Positions 8,077-17,553 are shown, counted from the stretch's first letter. The stretch: 64,000 nucleotides of DNA from Chloroflexota bacterium (GCA_028875655.1 JAPPCX010000067.1:10019-74018); one strand, 5' to 3'. Numbers and translations are program-made. The notes: generated by a model not told the origin, from the sequence alone.

Positions 8077-10092
8077 GTGGGTAGCATGACAAAGGCGTTG
8101 CGCTGGCAGGTTTGGGTGGATTGGGCTGGGGGTGGTTCCTGGGATGCGGGCGGCGCAGACGTTTCCGCCGACGTGCTGGGACTGCGCTGGCGGTGGGGGC
8201 GACGCGGGCTGCCGGTTCCGGAGTTCGCGCCGCCGGCGGAGCTGGAACTGACGCTCAGCAATCACGACCATCGCTACACGCCGGGTAATATCGGCGGCCC
8301 ATTGGGCGCCAACGTGCGGCCGGGTCGGGAGGTGTCGCTGCGCGCCGGCCGAATCCACGACGACTTTGACACCGGCGGTGCGGAGTCCGTTGACCTTAAT
8401 GGCCGAGCGGCGTCCGGGGGCGAACGGTGGGAAGTGACGAGCGTCAGCGGCAACGGTTTTTCCGTATTGGACGGAACGGCGACGGGTCAAGGCGGTGGTT
8501 GGCCGCCCTCGGATGCGGTGGCCGTGCTGGATGCCGGCGATCCGCTGGCGACGCTGACGGCGCACTACCGGCGCGGCAGCAACGGGCTGGGCGGGTTCGT
8601 GTTGCGGTGCGCCGCTCAGGACGACTGCCTGCGCCTGCGGTTCGCCAGCGACGCGACCGTCATGGAGCGGGTGTCGGGAAGAACGGTTACGCGACTGTCC
8701 GACGGCGGCTCGCTGGAGACGGGGGTGTGGCATGACCTGGAGATTGAGCAGACCGCGGACAGCGTGCGTGTTCACGCCACCGGACTGGCCCAACCGGGCG
8801 CGACGCGGCGGGAAATCCTGGCGGCCACTGCCATCGCCGAGGCGCCAGACTCGAGCCGGCACGGGCTGTGGCACGGATTCCGCAACGCGCAGGACCGTTG
8901 GGGAGAATTCGGCGTGGGGCGCAGCCTGTTCAGCGGGCATATCACCGACGTCAGCCCGGATTATGAAGCCGGCGTGTGTCGCGTCACCGCCGCCGACGTG
9001 ATGCAGCGATTGGACACCGTGCCCCTGCACCGCGCGCTGGCCGGCGGCCTGATGCGCTCCGGCAACGTGGCGGCGGCGATCCTGGGCTGGGCCGGGTTGC
9101 TCCCCGGCGACTACGCGCTGGACGACGGGAGGACGCTGCTGACGGGAGGGGCGCGCTCGGTGTGGGACGTGTCGGCCGGCCGGGCGTTGCGGCGGTTGCA
9201 GCGGGAAGAGCACGGGATGATCTACGCCGACGGGTTGGGCCGCGTCCGTTTGGAAGCGGCGTCGCGGCGAGCCGGCGTGCGCGGCCATGCTGATCCGGCG
9301 TCGCTGGCCAGGTTTTCGATAGGAGACACCGCTGACGGCGGCGGCCCTTACGCGACATCCATCCATCGGAACGACGGAGCGGACGGCGTGGAGGACGCGG
9401 TCACCTTCCGCTACCGCCGCTCGTCGGACGCAGGCCGGCAGCAGGTGTGGAGACTCAACGAGGCGCTGGAAATACCGGCCGGCGGCGAGCAGGCATTGTT
9501 AGTGGCAACCGACACCTGGGACGTGATTGACGGCATCGCCGCGCCCGTGGCCGGCACGGACTACACCGCGACGGATGATGCCGACGGCGGCGGCAACGAC
9601 GTTACCGACGACATCACCATCGAGTTGCTTACCGAGGCGCAGTCGGGCATCGCCGGCCGGGGACACGCGCTACGCATCCGCAACGGCGGACAGAATACGG
9701 CCTATCTGCAAAGTCTGGACCTGTATGCGAACCACAGCTGGCGGACGCAGACCTCCAGCGCCGTTCGCGCCGAATCCGCCAACGCCGGCCTACCCCTGGA
9801 TACTGGACGCGGCCGGCTGGTCAACTGCCGGTACGCCGACAACTACGCGGCGGCCCGGGGCGCGGCGGAGGCGAGGATGGCGGAGCGTTCCCAACCGCGT
9901 CCCCAGCTTGAAGCGACGCTGTCGTTGCCTGGCGTCGGCAATTCCCGCGCGGTGGTGGAAGGCCGCTTGTCGGACGTTGTGGAGGTTGAGGCGGAGAGCG
10001 AGGGCATCGCCGGCGCGTGGCTGCTGGAAGGCATGGAGGTCAACGTCGTCGGCGGCGGCGGAGAGGTGCGGTGGTGGCTGACGGGGGTGTAG
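8077..10092 (+). CDS. Phage tail protein (siphovirus distal-tail/minor-tail-like) with a central lectin/LamG-like region
   Basis: The N-terminus ALRWQVWVDWAGGGSWDAGGADVSADVLGLRWRWGRRG...ELELTLSNHDHRYTPGN...VRPGREVSLRAG is the usual Sipho_tail-type opening. The middle region reads GFVLRCAAQDDCLRLRFASDATVMERVSG...WHDLEIEQTADSVRVHATG. Confidence 0.55.
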   Translation: MGSMTKALRWQVWVDWAGGGSWDAGGADVSADVLGLRWRWGRRGLPVPEFAPPAELELTLSNHDHRYTPGNIGGPLGANVRPGREVSLRAGRIHDDFDTGGAESVDLNGRAASGGERWEVTSVSGNGFSVLDGTATGQGGGWPPSDAVAVLDAGDPLATLTAHYRRGSNGLGGFVLRCAAQDDCLRLRFASDATVMERVSGRTVTRLSDGGSLETGVWHDLEIEQTADSVRVHATGLAQPGATRREILAATAIAEAPDSSRHGLWHGFRNAQDRWGEFGVGRSLFSGHITDVSPDYEAGVCRVTAADVMQRLDTVPLHRALAGGLMRSGNVAAAILGWAGLLPGDYALDDGRTLLTGGARSVWDVSAGRALRRLQREEHGMIYADGLGRVRLEAASRRAGVRGHADPASLARFSIGDTADGGGPYATSIHRNDGADGVEDAVTFRYRRSSDAGRQQVWRLNEALEIPAGGEQALLVATDTWDVIDGIAAPVAGTDYTATDDADGGGNDVTDDITIELLTEAQSGIAGRGHALRIRNGGQNTAYLQSLDLYANHSWRTQTSSAVRAESANAGLPLDTGRGRLVNCRYADNYAAARGAAEARMAERSQPRPQLEATLSLPGVGNSRAVVEGRLSDVVEVEAESEGIAGAWLLEGMEVNVVGGGGEVRWWLTGV

Positions 10093-10146
10093 AGAGCGGA
10101 CGAGTTCAGAGTACTAAAACAAAGTCCCCTTGGCTTTGATAAAAGC

Positions 10147-10212
10147 CAGCGTCACTAAAGTTTGCTTGAATTACGCCGCTGGACAATAAAATATGGGCGT
10201 CCAATTTTTAAT
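10147..10212 (+). repeat. Imperfect ~66-bp direct repeat, copy 1 (AT-rich spacer upstream of fic)
   Basis: cagcgtcactaaagtttgcttgaattacgccgctggacaataaaatatgggcgtccaatttttaat versus copy 2 below, roughly three quarters identical by eye. Confidence 0.7.
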
Positions 10213-10368
10213 CGATGCCGCCGTTGTTTTACTTTGCGCCGATAAGGGAGTGAATCAAGTGAGTCAAATCTCTGACGATGGTTGACCTCGTCCGCAACGT
10301 GTCGGGTTCCAGTCAAGCGGCGGCCGTCTTTAACATCAAAGCTATAAGCTCTAAATTTTGATTACAAT

Positions 10369-10434
10369 CAGCGTCGCTAAAGCTTGCTTAAACGACGCCT
10401 GCTGTCATTAAAATATGGCAAGCAAAATTTTGAT
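10369..10434 (+). repeat. Imperfect ~66-bp direct repeat, copy 2
   Basis: cagcgtcgctaaagcttgcttaaacgacgcctgctgtcattaaaatatggcaagcaaaattttgat. It lies 222 bp downstream of copy 1 and ends ~50 bp before the fic start. Confidence 0.7.
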
Positions 10435-10483
10435 ACGGAGACGGGCTTTGAAATCCGTATACGCAGCAATGGGGTGTTGAACA

Positions 10484-11647
10484 ATGCGACGCGATAATAC
10501 CGGTTATTATGATGTATGGATGTCGGGTGGGGAGGAGATACGCGCCTTCGTACCGGTGCCCTTGCCGCCGGCTCCCCCGTTAGTGTTGGAAGGTTCCCTG
10601 CGGCAATCTCTCGAACAAGCTACTCTCGCGCTGGGTCGGTTAGATGGCATTGCGACGTTATTGCCCGACCCAGCCCTGTTCATATATGCCTATGTGCGTA
10701 AGGAAGCATTGCTGTCTTCACAGATCGAGGGAACTCAATCCTCGTTGTCGGACTTGCTGGAATTTGAGATTGACGACGCGCCAGGCGCACCAATGCACGA
10801 CGTGGTGGAGGTATCCAACTACGTTGCTGCCATGGAGCACGGGCTAGAGCGGCTGAACCATGATTTCCCCCTCTCTAACCGCTTGATTCGGGAAATACAC
10901 GCTATCCTCCTCTCGCGGGGCAGGGGTAGCGCTATGAACCCTGGCGAGTTCCGAACCTCTCAGAACTGGATCGGAGGCCGACGTCCCGGCAACGCGGTTT
11001 ACGTTCCGCCACCACCGACCGCAGTACCTGATTGCATGGGTGAATTGGAACGATTTTTGCATGCCACCGACGACGGACTTCCTACTTTGGTTCGGGCAGG
11101 GTTGGCTCACGCGCAGTTCGAGACCATCCACCCTTTTCTTGACGGCAACGGACGCACCGGACGCTTGTTGATCACTTTCCTGCTCTGCCATGCGGGGATG
11201 TTAAAAGACCCTCTGCTCTATCTGAGCCTCTACTTCAAGCAGCACCGGTCCGACTACTACGAATTGCTGAATGATGTGCGCCGGACCGGAGACTGGGAAG
11301 ATTGGCTTGACTTTTTCCTAGAAGGTGTTCGGGAAACCGCAAACGGTGCTTTTGGAACGACCCAACAGTTGTTGAAGTTGTTTGCTCAACATCGTGATCA
11401 AATACAGCAAACTGGACGCCGTGCGGGTTCGGCGCTACGCGTACATGAAAAACTCATGGCTCACCCGGTTCAGTCTATCTCCGGCGTAGCCGAAAGTACA
11501 GCATTGACATTTCCAACCGTTTCTTCCGCTATGAATCTTCTAATCAGCATGGGCATCGCCCGCGAGATAACCGGCCGGCGCAGTGACCGCCTCTTTGCCT
11601 ACGATGAATACCTCTCCATTCTCAGCGAGGGCACCGAACCGCTGTAG
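10484..11647 (+). CDS. Fic family protein (class II, Fic_N + Fic + C-terminal wHTH-like)
   Basis: Fic motif HPFLDGNGRTGRLL, N-terminal inhibitory-helix motif SSQIEG ([S/T]xxxE[G/N]), and a C-terminal helix-rich tail. Confidence 0.9.
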   Translation: MRRDNTGYYDVWMSGGEEIRAFVPVPLPPAPPLVLEGSLRQSLEQATLALGRLDGIATLLPDPALFIYAYVRKEALLSSQIEGTQSSLSDLLEFEIDDAPGAPMHDVVEVSNYVAAMEHGLERLNHDFPLSNRLIREIHAILLSRGRGSAMNPGEFRTSQNWIGGRRPGNAVYVPPPPTAVPDCMGELERFLHATDDGLPTLVRAGLAHAQFETIHPFLDGNGRTGRLLITFLLCHAGMLKDPLLYLSLYFKQHRSDYYELLNDVRRTGDWEDWLDFFLEGVRETANGAFGTTQQLLKLFAQHRDQIQQTGRRAGSALRVHEKLMAHPVQSISGVAESTALTFPTVSSAMNLLISMGIAREITGRRSDRLFAYDEYLSILSEGTEPL

Positions 11648-11717
11648 AGACTCATGCCTAACAGCCGGCGATGGTATCATCCACACGGGAGCGGCATTCT
11701 GCCCCGTGAGCGATAGC

Positions 11718-12044
11718 ATGGCTGACGAAATCCAGTGGTCCAATCCATTTGACGAAGACGGCATTGAGGAAATGGCCGACTGGATGGCGCCCCGTTTCAA
11801 GGAATCGCCCATGTACCACCTGGCCATCGACGCCGCCGACCCCGACCTGCTGGCCGTGCTGCTGGAACGGTTGATGAACGAGTACATGGAGTACCGGGAG
11901 CTGGACGCCCGGGTGCGCCGCGACCGCAACCTGGTGTACGTTTCCATTGGGGACGACGATGACGACGAGGAATCGGCGGTCAACATCAGCGTTCCGCTGG
12001 TGCGCGCGCTCATGCTGCGGCTGCGGGGTCCCGGTTTGTACTGA
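11718..12044 (+). CDS. Hypothetical acidic protein
   Basis: ATG at 11718. MADEIQWSNPFDEDGIEEMADWMAPRFKESPMYHLAIDAADPDLLAVLLERLMNEYMEYRELD... has a coding-like composition. No family recognised. Confidence 0.4.
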   Translation: MADEIQWSNPFDEDGIEEMADWMAPRFKESPMYHLAIDAADPDLLAVLLERLMNEYMEYRELDARVRRDRNLVYVSIGDDDDDEESAVNISVPLVRALMLRLRGPGLY

Positions 12045-12115
12045 AGCGCTGTGGTATCATCATCGCTGCAAATTCGCCTGCCGGTGAGCAGCCGGCCGGC
12101 TGCCGAGGTGCCACT

Positions 12116-13621
12116 GTGCCTGCTAATGACACTGTTTATGACGTTATCGTAGTTGGGGCCGGCAACGCCGCCCTGTCTGCCGCCATCGCCGCTCGCGAGC
12201 AGACCCAATCGGTGCTCGTGGTGGAGAAAGCCCCCGAGTATTTCCGCGGCGGCAACACCTACTTCACCGGCGGCATCATCCGCTTCGCCTACAACGGCCT
12301 GGACGACATCAAGGGACTCATCCCCGACATGTCCGAGACTGAGGCCAATTCCATCGAGGTGGGGCAGTACACCGAGAACCAGTTCTACGACGACATGATG
12401 CGCGTCACCCACGGCCTGTCCGACCCCGAGTTGGCCGAGATCCTGGTCAGCCAGTCGTACCCGACGATGAAGTGGCTGCAGGAGCACGGCGTCCGGTTCG
12501 TGCTGTCCTTCGGGCGGCAGGCGTTCCGCGACGGCGACAAGTTCCGCTTCTGGGGCGGCTTGGTGGTGGAGGCGGTGGGCGCCGGCAAGGGCCTGTCCGA
12601 CCAGCAGTTTGACGTGTGCGAAAACCTGGGTGTCGAAGTGCGCTACTCCACCGAAGGCGTGTCGCTGATCCAGGACCAAATGGGCCGTGTGGCCGGCCTG
12701 CGGGTCAAGGGCCCCGACGGGTTCGAGGACATTGCCGCCCGCGCCGTGGTGCTGGCCGCCGGCGGTTTCGAGGCCAACGCCGAGATGCGGTGCCGCTACC
12801 TGGGGCCCGGCTGGGAGACGGTCAAGGTGCGCGGCATCCCCTACAACACCGGCGACGGCATCAAGATGGCCCTTGACGTGGGCGCGCAGAGCTACGGGCA
12901 CTGGTCGTCCTGCCACGCCGTAGCGTGGGACATGAACGCCCCCACCTTCGGCGATCGCACCGTCACCGAGCTGTTCCAGAAGCACTCGTATCCCTTCGGC
13001 ATCATGGTCAACATCAACGGCGAACGGTTCCTGGACGAGGGCGCAGACTTCCGCAACTACACCTACGTCACCTATGGCCGCGCGCTGATGGACCAGCCCC
13101 AGGGCCTGTGCTTCCAGGTCTTCGACGAAAAGGTGAAGCACCTGCTCCGTGATGAATACTGGATTCCCCAGGCCACTACCGCCGAGGCCAACAGTATCGA
13201 GGAGTTGGCCCGGATGCTGGACATCGATCCCGTGGGATTGGCGCGCACCGTCGAGGAGTACAACGCAGCCGTCCGCAAGGACATCCCCTACAACGCCACC
13301 GTGAAGGATGGCCGGCGCACCGAGGGCCTGGCGGTGGACAAGACCAACTGGGCCGAGACCATCGACACGCCGCCCTATCGCGGCTGGGCGGTGACCACGG
13401 GCATCACCTTCACCTTCGGCGGCGTCAAGGTCAATAACCGGGGCCAGGTGGTGACCAACGCGCAGGATCCCATCCCCGGCCTGTACGCCGCCGGCGAGAT
13501 GGTGGGCGGGCTGTTCTACCACAACTATCCCGGCGGCAGCGGCCTGAGCGCGGGCATGGTATTCGGCCGGCTGGCCGGCAACAGCGCGGGCGAGGATGCT
13601 CTGGCGCTGAAGGACGTGTAG
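12116..13621 (+). CDS. FAD-dependent oxidoreductase (fumarate reductase/TcuA-like flavoprotein family)
   Basis: Dinucleotide-binding YDVIVVGAGNAALSAAIAARE, C-terminal PIPGLYAAGEMVGGLFYHNYPGGSGL. The 660-aa ORF on the opposite strand is an antisense artefact. Confidence 0.85.
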   Translation: MPANDTVYDVIVVGAGNAALSAAIAAREQTQSVLVVEKAPEYFRGGNTYFTGGIIRFAYNGLDDIKGLIPDMSETEANSIEVGQYTENQFYDDMMRVTHGLSDPELAEILVSQSYPTMKWLQEHGVRFVLSFGRQAFRDGDKFRFWGGLVVEAVGAGKGLSDQQFDVCENLGVEVRYSTEGVSLIQDQMGRVAGLRVKGPDGFEDIAARAVVLAAGGFEANAEMRCRYLGPGWETVKVRGIPYNTGDGIKMALDVGAQSYGHWSSCHAVAWDMNAPTFGDRTVTELFQKHSYPFGIMVNINGERFLDEGADFRNYTYVTYGRALMDQPQGLCFQVFDEKVKHLLRDEYWIPQATTAEANSIEELARMLDIDPVGLARTVEEYNAAVRKDIPYNATVKDGRRTEGLAVDKTNWAETIDTPPYRGWAVTTGITFTFGGVKVNNRGQVVTNAQDPIPGLYAAGEMVGGLFYHNYPGGSGLSAGMVFGRLAGNSAGEDALALKDV

Positions 13622-13626
13622 CGTAA

Positions 13627-14105
13627 ATGAGAGATGTTTTGGAGCGGATCGACCATTCGCTCGAAGAGATTGAGGATAGCCTCTACTCCATTATCGGCGT
13701 GCAAATCCGCTCTACGATTGGCCGCCATGCTGTGGCAATGGCCGACCGACTTGGGCTGCGATACCGTGAGCGTCTCATCGGGCAAGATATCATCGACTTG
13801 ACGCATAGCTGGGGTACCACCATATAGAACCGGTCAATTTGCGGAAATTGTGGCTCGCCAGTCTGGTTTTGGAAGCCGACGCGGCCGACGGAATGATGCA
13901 TTACGTCACCGTGGAAGCGAGTCACGTTGCAAGCCTGCGCGATACTCGACGGGCCATCCTCAATGCCGGATATTTGACACGCTTTACGAGCTATCCGGCC
14001 CACGCCGTGGTAGCGGCAAATCGGAAAGATCGGGAAATTCAACCCGTCATCGATTCCGGCCGGGTACTGTGGTATCCGCTCGATGAAGACAATGACCCGG
14101 ATTAA
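13627..14105 (+). pseudogene. Possible frameshifted PD-(D/E)xK-like gene (two abutting ORFs, 13627..13827 and 13839..14105, in different frames)
   Basis: The second ORF (LVLEADAADGMMHYVTVEASHVASLRDTRRAILNAGYL...AHAVVAANRKD) resembles the D...E-x-S/K core and following helix of small nuclease-fold proteins. The first ORF looks like the helical N-terminal part. They are 11 nt apart. Confidence 0.3.
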
Positions 14106-14375
14106 GTACTTTCAAATCAGCGGCAGCTGTTTCAACGCCGGCGAAAACTCACGCGGCGTTAAGGAGGCGTAGCAACGCAACAGCGATTCGTCACAATGTT
14201 GCCGTCGTGGCCAGTTTGGTGAATTGCTGCCAATCATTGCCGGTAAAACGAGTCGCTCGGCAGACGTATGCACGTTACTTGCAGTTTCCGCTACTTACTT
14301 CACCAGTTGCGGAAGCGTCATTACATGAGAATGGAACAGCGGATAACAAATTACCCACAGAATCGAAGGTTTGCA

Positions 14376-14663
14376 ATGAACTTCCGCACCAACACTACCC
14401 GATACTGGGCAACGGTGGGCTGGCGTTGCGACATATGCGGGGCATGGCACATTGATGGTGACGAGGACCCGGTAGGCGGTTGCTACTATTGCGGCCGAGC
14501 ACTGTGTCCCGCGACTGGCTATTCCTGTATCAGTTGCACTCGGGAAGCTTGCGAAAATTGCTGCCAGGCGTGCCAGGAAGACGATTGCGACGCCATCACC
14601 TGCATCGGCTGCGTTGACCGACACTTTGCTACAGGCCACCCACCGGAGGCAGTTGCGTTATGA
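14376..14663 (+). CDS. Cysteine-rich (multi Zn-ribbon-like) small protein
   Basis: MNFRTNTTRYWATVGWRCDICGAWH...GGCYYCGRALCP...SCISCTREACENCCQACQEDDCDAITCIGCVDRH has 18 Cys in 95 aa, many in CxxC spacing. Its stop overlaps the next start (ATGA). Confidence 0.5.
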   Translation: MNFRTNTTRYWATVGWRCDICGAWHIDGDEDPVGGCYYCGRALCPATGYSCISCTREACENCCQACQEDDCDAITCIGCVDRHFATGHPPEAVAL

Positions 14664-14908
14664 CCGACGACACCGCTGCCCGCGTCCTAGCGCAAGAAGG
14701 TTTGCGTCACATCGAGCAGGCTATCCTGATGCTGCTTGACGCGCATCCGTCGGGTCTGCGCAACTCGCAGATTGCCGACTTGTTGGGCCTGCGCTCGTCC
14801 ATCCGCGACGGCCAGCGCAACTACTTGACCTACTCAGTGCTCGGCGGCTTGATGGCGCGCGGTGAAGTCGTCCAAGATCAGGAAACTAAGTTTTTTACTA
14901 AGTCCTGA
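14660..14908 (+). CDS. Winged-helix DNA-binding protein (hypothetical)
   Basis: ILMLLDAHPSGLRNSQIADLLGL...YLTYSVLGGLMARGEVVQD is a wHTH-like pattern. It is translationally coupled to the Cys-rich ORF. Confidence 0.5.
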   Translation: MTDDTAARVLAQEGLRHIEQAILMLLDAHPSGLRNSQIADLLGLRSSIRDGQRNYLTYSVLGGLMARGEVVQDQETKFFTKS

Positions 14909-14956
14909 ACGCAGTCCTTCGAAACTGACGTGGATCAGTGATAAACCCACAGTAGG

Positions 14957-15322
14957 TCACAGCAGAAACGGCGGGCTGATTTCCCCTTCCGGGCGCGGCT
15001 CGATGCGCTCGTTTACCAGGTCAACCTTGAACCCCAGATCCTGCAACAGGTTGTAGCCTACCAGGGGGACCGCTGCCGGGACGACGCCGTTGACGAATCC
15101 CATACCTTCCAGCATACCGATGCCGACGTAAATCGGCGTGTGCATGACTTTGCCGTCGGCGGTCATCAGGGCGGCGCTGGCGTTGGGTACGGTGTCCAGG
15201 CCCAGGGCGTCGATGTCGTCCTGTGGGATGCCGACCCAGGTTGCGCCGGTATCCACCAGAAAATCGTATTCGCGATTTTCTGACTTGCCCGTGATGCTGC
15301 CCCTAGCGTAAGTGATTCCCAT
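14957..15322 (-). CDS. Retropepsin-like (clan AA) aspartic peptidase
   Basis: From ATG(15322): MGITYARGSITGKSENREYDFLVDTGATWVGIP... The DTGA catalytic motif and size (~121 aa) fit bacterial retropepsin-like proteins. Confidence 0.7.
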   Translation of the reverse strand: MGITYARGSITGKSENREYDFLVDTGATWVGIPQDDIDALGLDTVPNASAALMTADGKVMHTPIYVGIGMLEGMGFVNGVVPAAVPLVGYNLLQDLGFKVDLVNERIEPRPEGEISPPFLL

Positions 15323-15458
15323 GGCGATGACTCCCGCTGTTTGGTTGACGGTAGCATACGGCAACGAGCCTTTCAACTTGCGCCTGTGCCCGTCCGGGGC
15401 ATACAATCGCCGCATTCTGACGAACGGCAATCACGGCGCGGCACGGGGGATAGATACT

Positions 15459-16790
15459 ATGGCGGCCAGCAATCCGGCGCGTTCCGGCATGTTTTACGGG
15501 TGGTTCGTTGTCGCCACCTGCATGTTCATCGCGTTCCTCACCATGGGAACGCGCAACGCTTTCGGCGCGTTCGTGGTGCCCATGGAGGCCGAGTTCGAGT
15601 GGAACCGCACCGTGGTGTCCTGGGCCGCCGCGCTGGGGGCGCTGCTCAACGGCGTAACCCAGCCCTTCATGGGCTACCTGTTCGACCGGGTGGGCGTTCG
15701 CATCGTGGTGATTGCCGGCATTGTCGTCGTGGGAGCATCCACACTGCTGATGGCCGCCACCGGCAGCATCTGGTTTCTTATCGCCGTGTTCGGCGTGGTG
15801 TCCGCGATTGGACAGAGCGGGACCTCGCTGACCAATACCGGCGCGACCCTGAGCAAATGGTTCCGCCGGCGTCGGGGCCTAGTGATCGGGCTCAACGCCT
15901 CGGGCATGTCCCTGGGGGGCCTGATCCTGGTGCCATTCGCCGCCTTTCTGATCAGCCTCATCGACTGGCGCCTGTCGTGGATCGTGCTGGGCCTGATGAT
16001 TCTGTGCCTGGGCATTCCGCTGGCCTTCATGTTCCTGCACGACGACCCGGCCAAGAAGGGCCTGACTCCCGACGGCGACCCGCAACCTGCGCCCGGACCC
16101 GCCGGTTCTCCCGGAGTCGCCAACGCGCCGCCGCCGCAACCACTGTTTGCGGAAAACTGGCGGCAAGCGTTCAAGTCCCTCCCCATCTGGCAGATGAGCT
16201 TCTCCTACTTCATCTGCGGTTCCACCACGTTCATGCTGTCGGTGCACTTCGTGCCCATGGCGGTGGAGGAGGGCATCAACCCGCAGACGGCGGCGCTGAT
16301 CTTCGGGCTGATGTCCGGCCTGAACGCCCTGGGCGCCACCGGAGCCGGCTGGATTTCCGACCGCATCGGCGGACGCAAGAACTGGCTGACCGCCGTGTAC
16401 TTCTGCCGGGGCACCGGGTACGTGATCCTGGTGCTGTCGCTGGTAGTGCCGGAAATACCGATAATGGCGGGCTTGCTGATATTCGCCTTCGTCGCCGGCC
16501 TCTCGTGGATTGCCACCGCGCCGCTGACCACGTCGCTCACCGCCGAGGTGTACGGCCTGAAATCGCTGGCGACCATATCGGGCGTGGCGTTCCTGTTCCA
16601 CCAGCTGGGCGGATTCAGCAGCGTGCTGCTGGCCGGCTACCTGCGCGAGATGACCGGCAACTACATCCTGGCCTTCTCCATCGCCGCCGTGCTGCTGTAC
16701 CCCGCGGCCATCAGCGCGTTCACCATCCGCGAGCGCCGCTACTCGGTGCGCTACCAGCCGGCGCCGGCGGTGGGGGCGGCCGCAGACTAG
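15459..16790 (+). CDS. MFS transporter (oxalate/formate antiporter-like family)
   Basis: 12-TM pattern. YGWFVVATCMFIAFLTMGTRNAFGAFVVPMEAEFEWNRTVVSWAAALGALLNGVTQPFMGYLFDRVG. It is a paralogue of 29831..31303. Confidence 0.9.
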   Translation: MAASNPARSGMFYGWFVVATCMFIAFLTMGTRNAFGAFVVPMEAEFEWNRTVVSWAAALGALLNGVTQPFMGYLFDRVGVRIVVIAGIVVVGASTLLMAATGSIWFLIAVFGVVSAIGQSGTSLTNTGATLSKWFRRRRGLVIGLNASGMSLGGLILVPFAAFLISLIDWRLSWIVLGLMILCLGIPLAFMFLHDDPAKKGLTPDGDPQPAPGPAGSPGVANAPPPQPLFAENWRQAFKSLPIWQMSFSYFICGSTTFMLSVHFVPMAVEEGINPQTAALIFGLMSGLNALGATGAGWISDRIGGRKNWLTAVYFCRGTGYVILVLSLVVPEIPIMAGLLIFAFVAGLSWIATAPLTTSLTAEVYGLKSLATISGVAFLFHQLGGFSSVLLAGYLREMTGNYILAFSIAAVLLYPAAISAFTIRERRYSVRYQPAPAVGAAAD

Positions 16791-16825
16791 TCAGGATCTA
16801 TCGCTGCCATCGAGAGGGGTTGACC

Positions 16826-17422
16826 ATGACCACCACCGAAAGACTGCGCACGGGAACCCGGATGTCCCTCGACGAGTTTCTGGCCCTGGGAGAGGCCGAC
16901 GGCAAGTGGGAACTCGACGATGGAGTACTGTACATAATGGCGACTGGCAGCCCCGACCACCAGTTTTTGATGCGCTGGCTATGCCGGCCCATTGAGGACT
17001 ATTTCCTCCAATTTGACCAGCCTCCGGCTCAACTGATTCAAGAGATGACGACCATTCTGTCACCGGAACTGCAACGCGCTCCCGAACCGGACATAGTCAT
17101 TATCCTCAATGAGCGTCGGCACATCGTGAGTCGCGTCCGGGTTGAAGCCCCGCCGGACATAGTGGTGGAAATACTGTCCACCGACCGCAGCCGGGACCTG
17201 GTACGCAAGCGACAGATCTATGCTGAGGCCGGCGTGCTGGAATACTGGTTGATGGACCCGCGCAGCGATACCATTACCTTGTTGGAACTGCGCGACGGCG
17301 CATACGTGGAGCGGGCTGTGCTGAGCGCCGCTGACTCGCTGACGACACCGCTGTTGCCAGGCCTGGCGATACCGTTGGAGAGCATATTCCAGCACACGCT
17401 GCGTCCGCCGCGGGACGAATAG
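16826..17422 (+). CDS. Uma2 family (DUF820) endonuclease
   Basis: MSLDEFLALGEADGKWELDDGVLYIM...PEPDIVII...PPDIVVEILSTDRSRDLVRKRQIYAEAGVLEYWLMDP is the canonical Uma2 pattern. Confidence 0.85.
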   Translation: MTTTERLRTGTRMSLDEFLALGEADGKWELDDGVLYIMATGSPDHQFLMRWLCRPIEDYFLQFDQPPAQLIQEMTTILSPELQRAPEPDIVIILNERRHIVSRVRVEAPPDIVVEILSTDRSRDLVRKRQIYAEAGVLEYWLMDPRSDTITLLELRDGAYVERAVLSAADSLTTPLLPGLAIPLESIFQHTLRPPRDE

Positions 17423-17553
17423 CCGATCTCCATCGCCAGAACATGAAAAGACCTGCGCCATTGACAACGCGCCGCCTTTTGGTGTATCAAACTGCTACTG
17501 TAAGAGACCATCGATTTCCATGATCGATATCCTTGCCGATGGAGGAGGAAACC

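Noticed and set aside
5154-9366. Long minus-strand ORFs across the phage module (5154..5849, 5347..6354, 6351..7229, 6809..7372, 8056..9366) and the plus-strand ORF 7135..7965
   Set aside because: They are antisense or alternate-frame shadows of the capsid, connector and tail genes. Their composition is Arg/Gly/Pro/His-rich and no motifs are seen.
11540-13522. 660-aa minus-strand ORF
   Set aside because: It is antisense to the FAD-dependent oxidoreductase, whose sense strand has clear dinucleotide-binding motifs. The product is Gly/Ala/His/Val-rich and low in complexity, typical of high-GC antisense frames.
15341-16825. N-terminal 495 aa of the 693-aa ORF 15341..17422
   Set aside because: It is an alternate frame of the MFS transporter and is Arg/Pro/Gly/His-rich with no TM pattern. 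Only the part from ATG 16826 (Uma2 nuclease) is credible.
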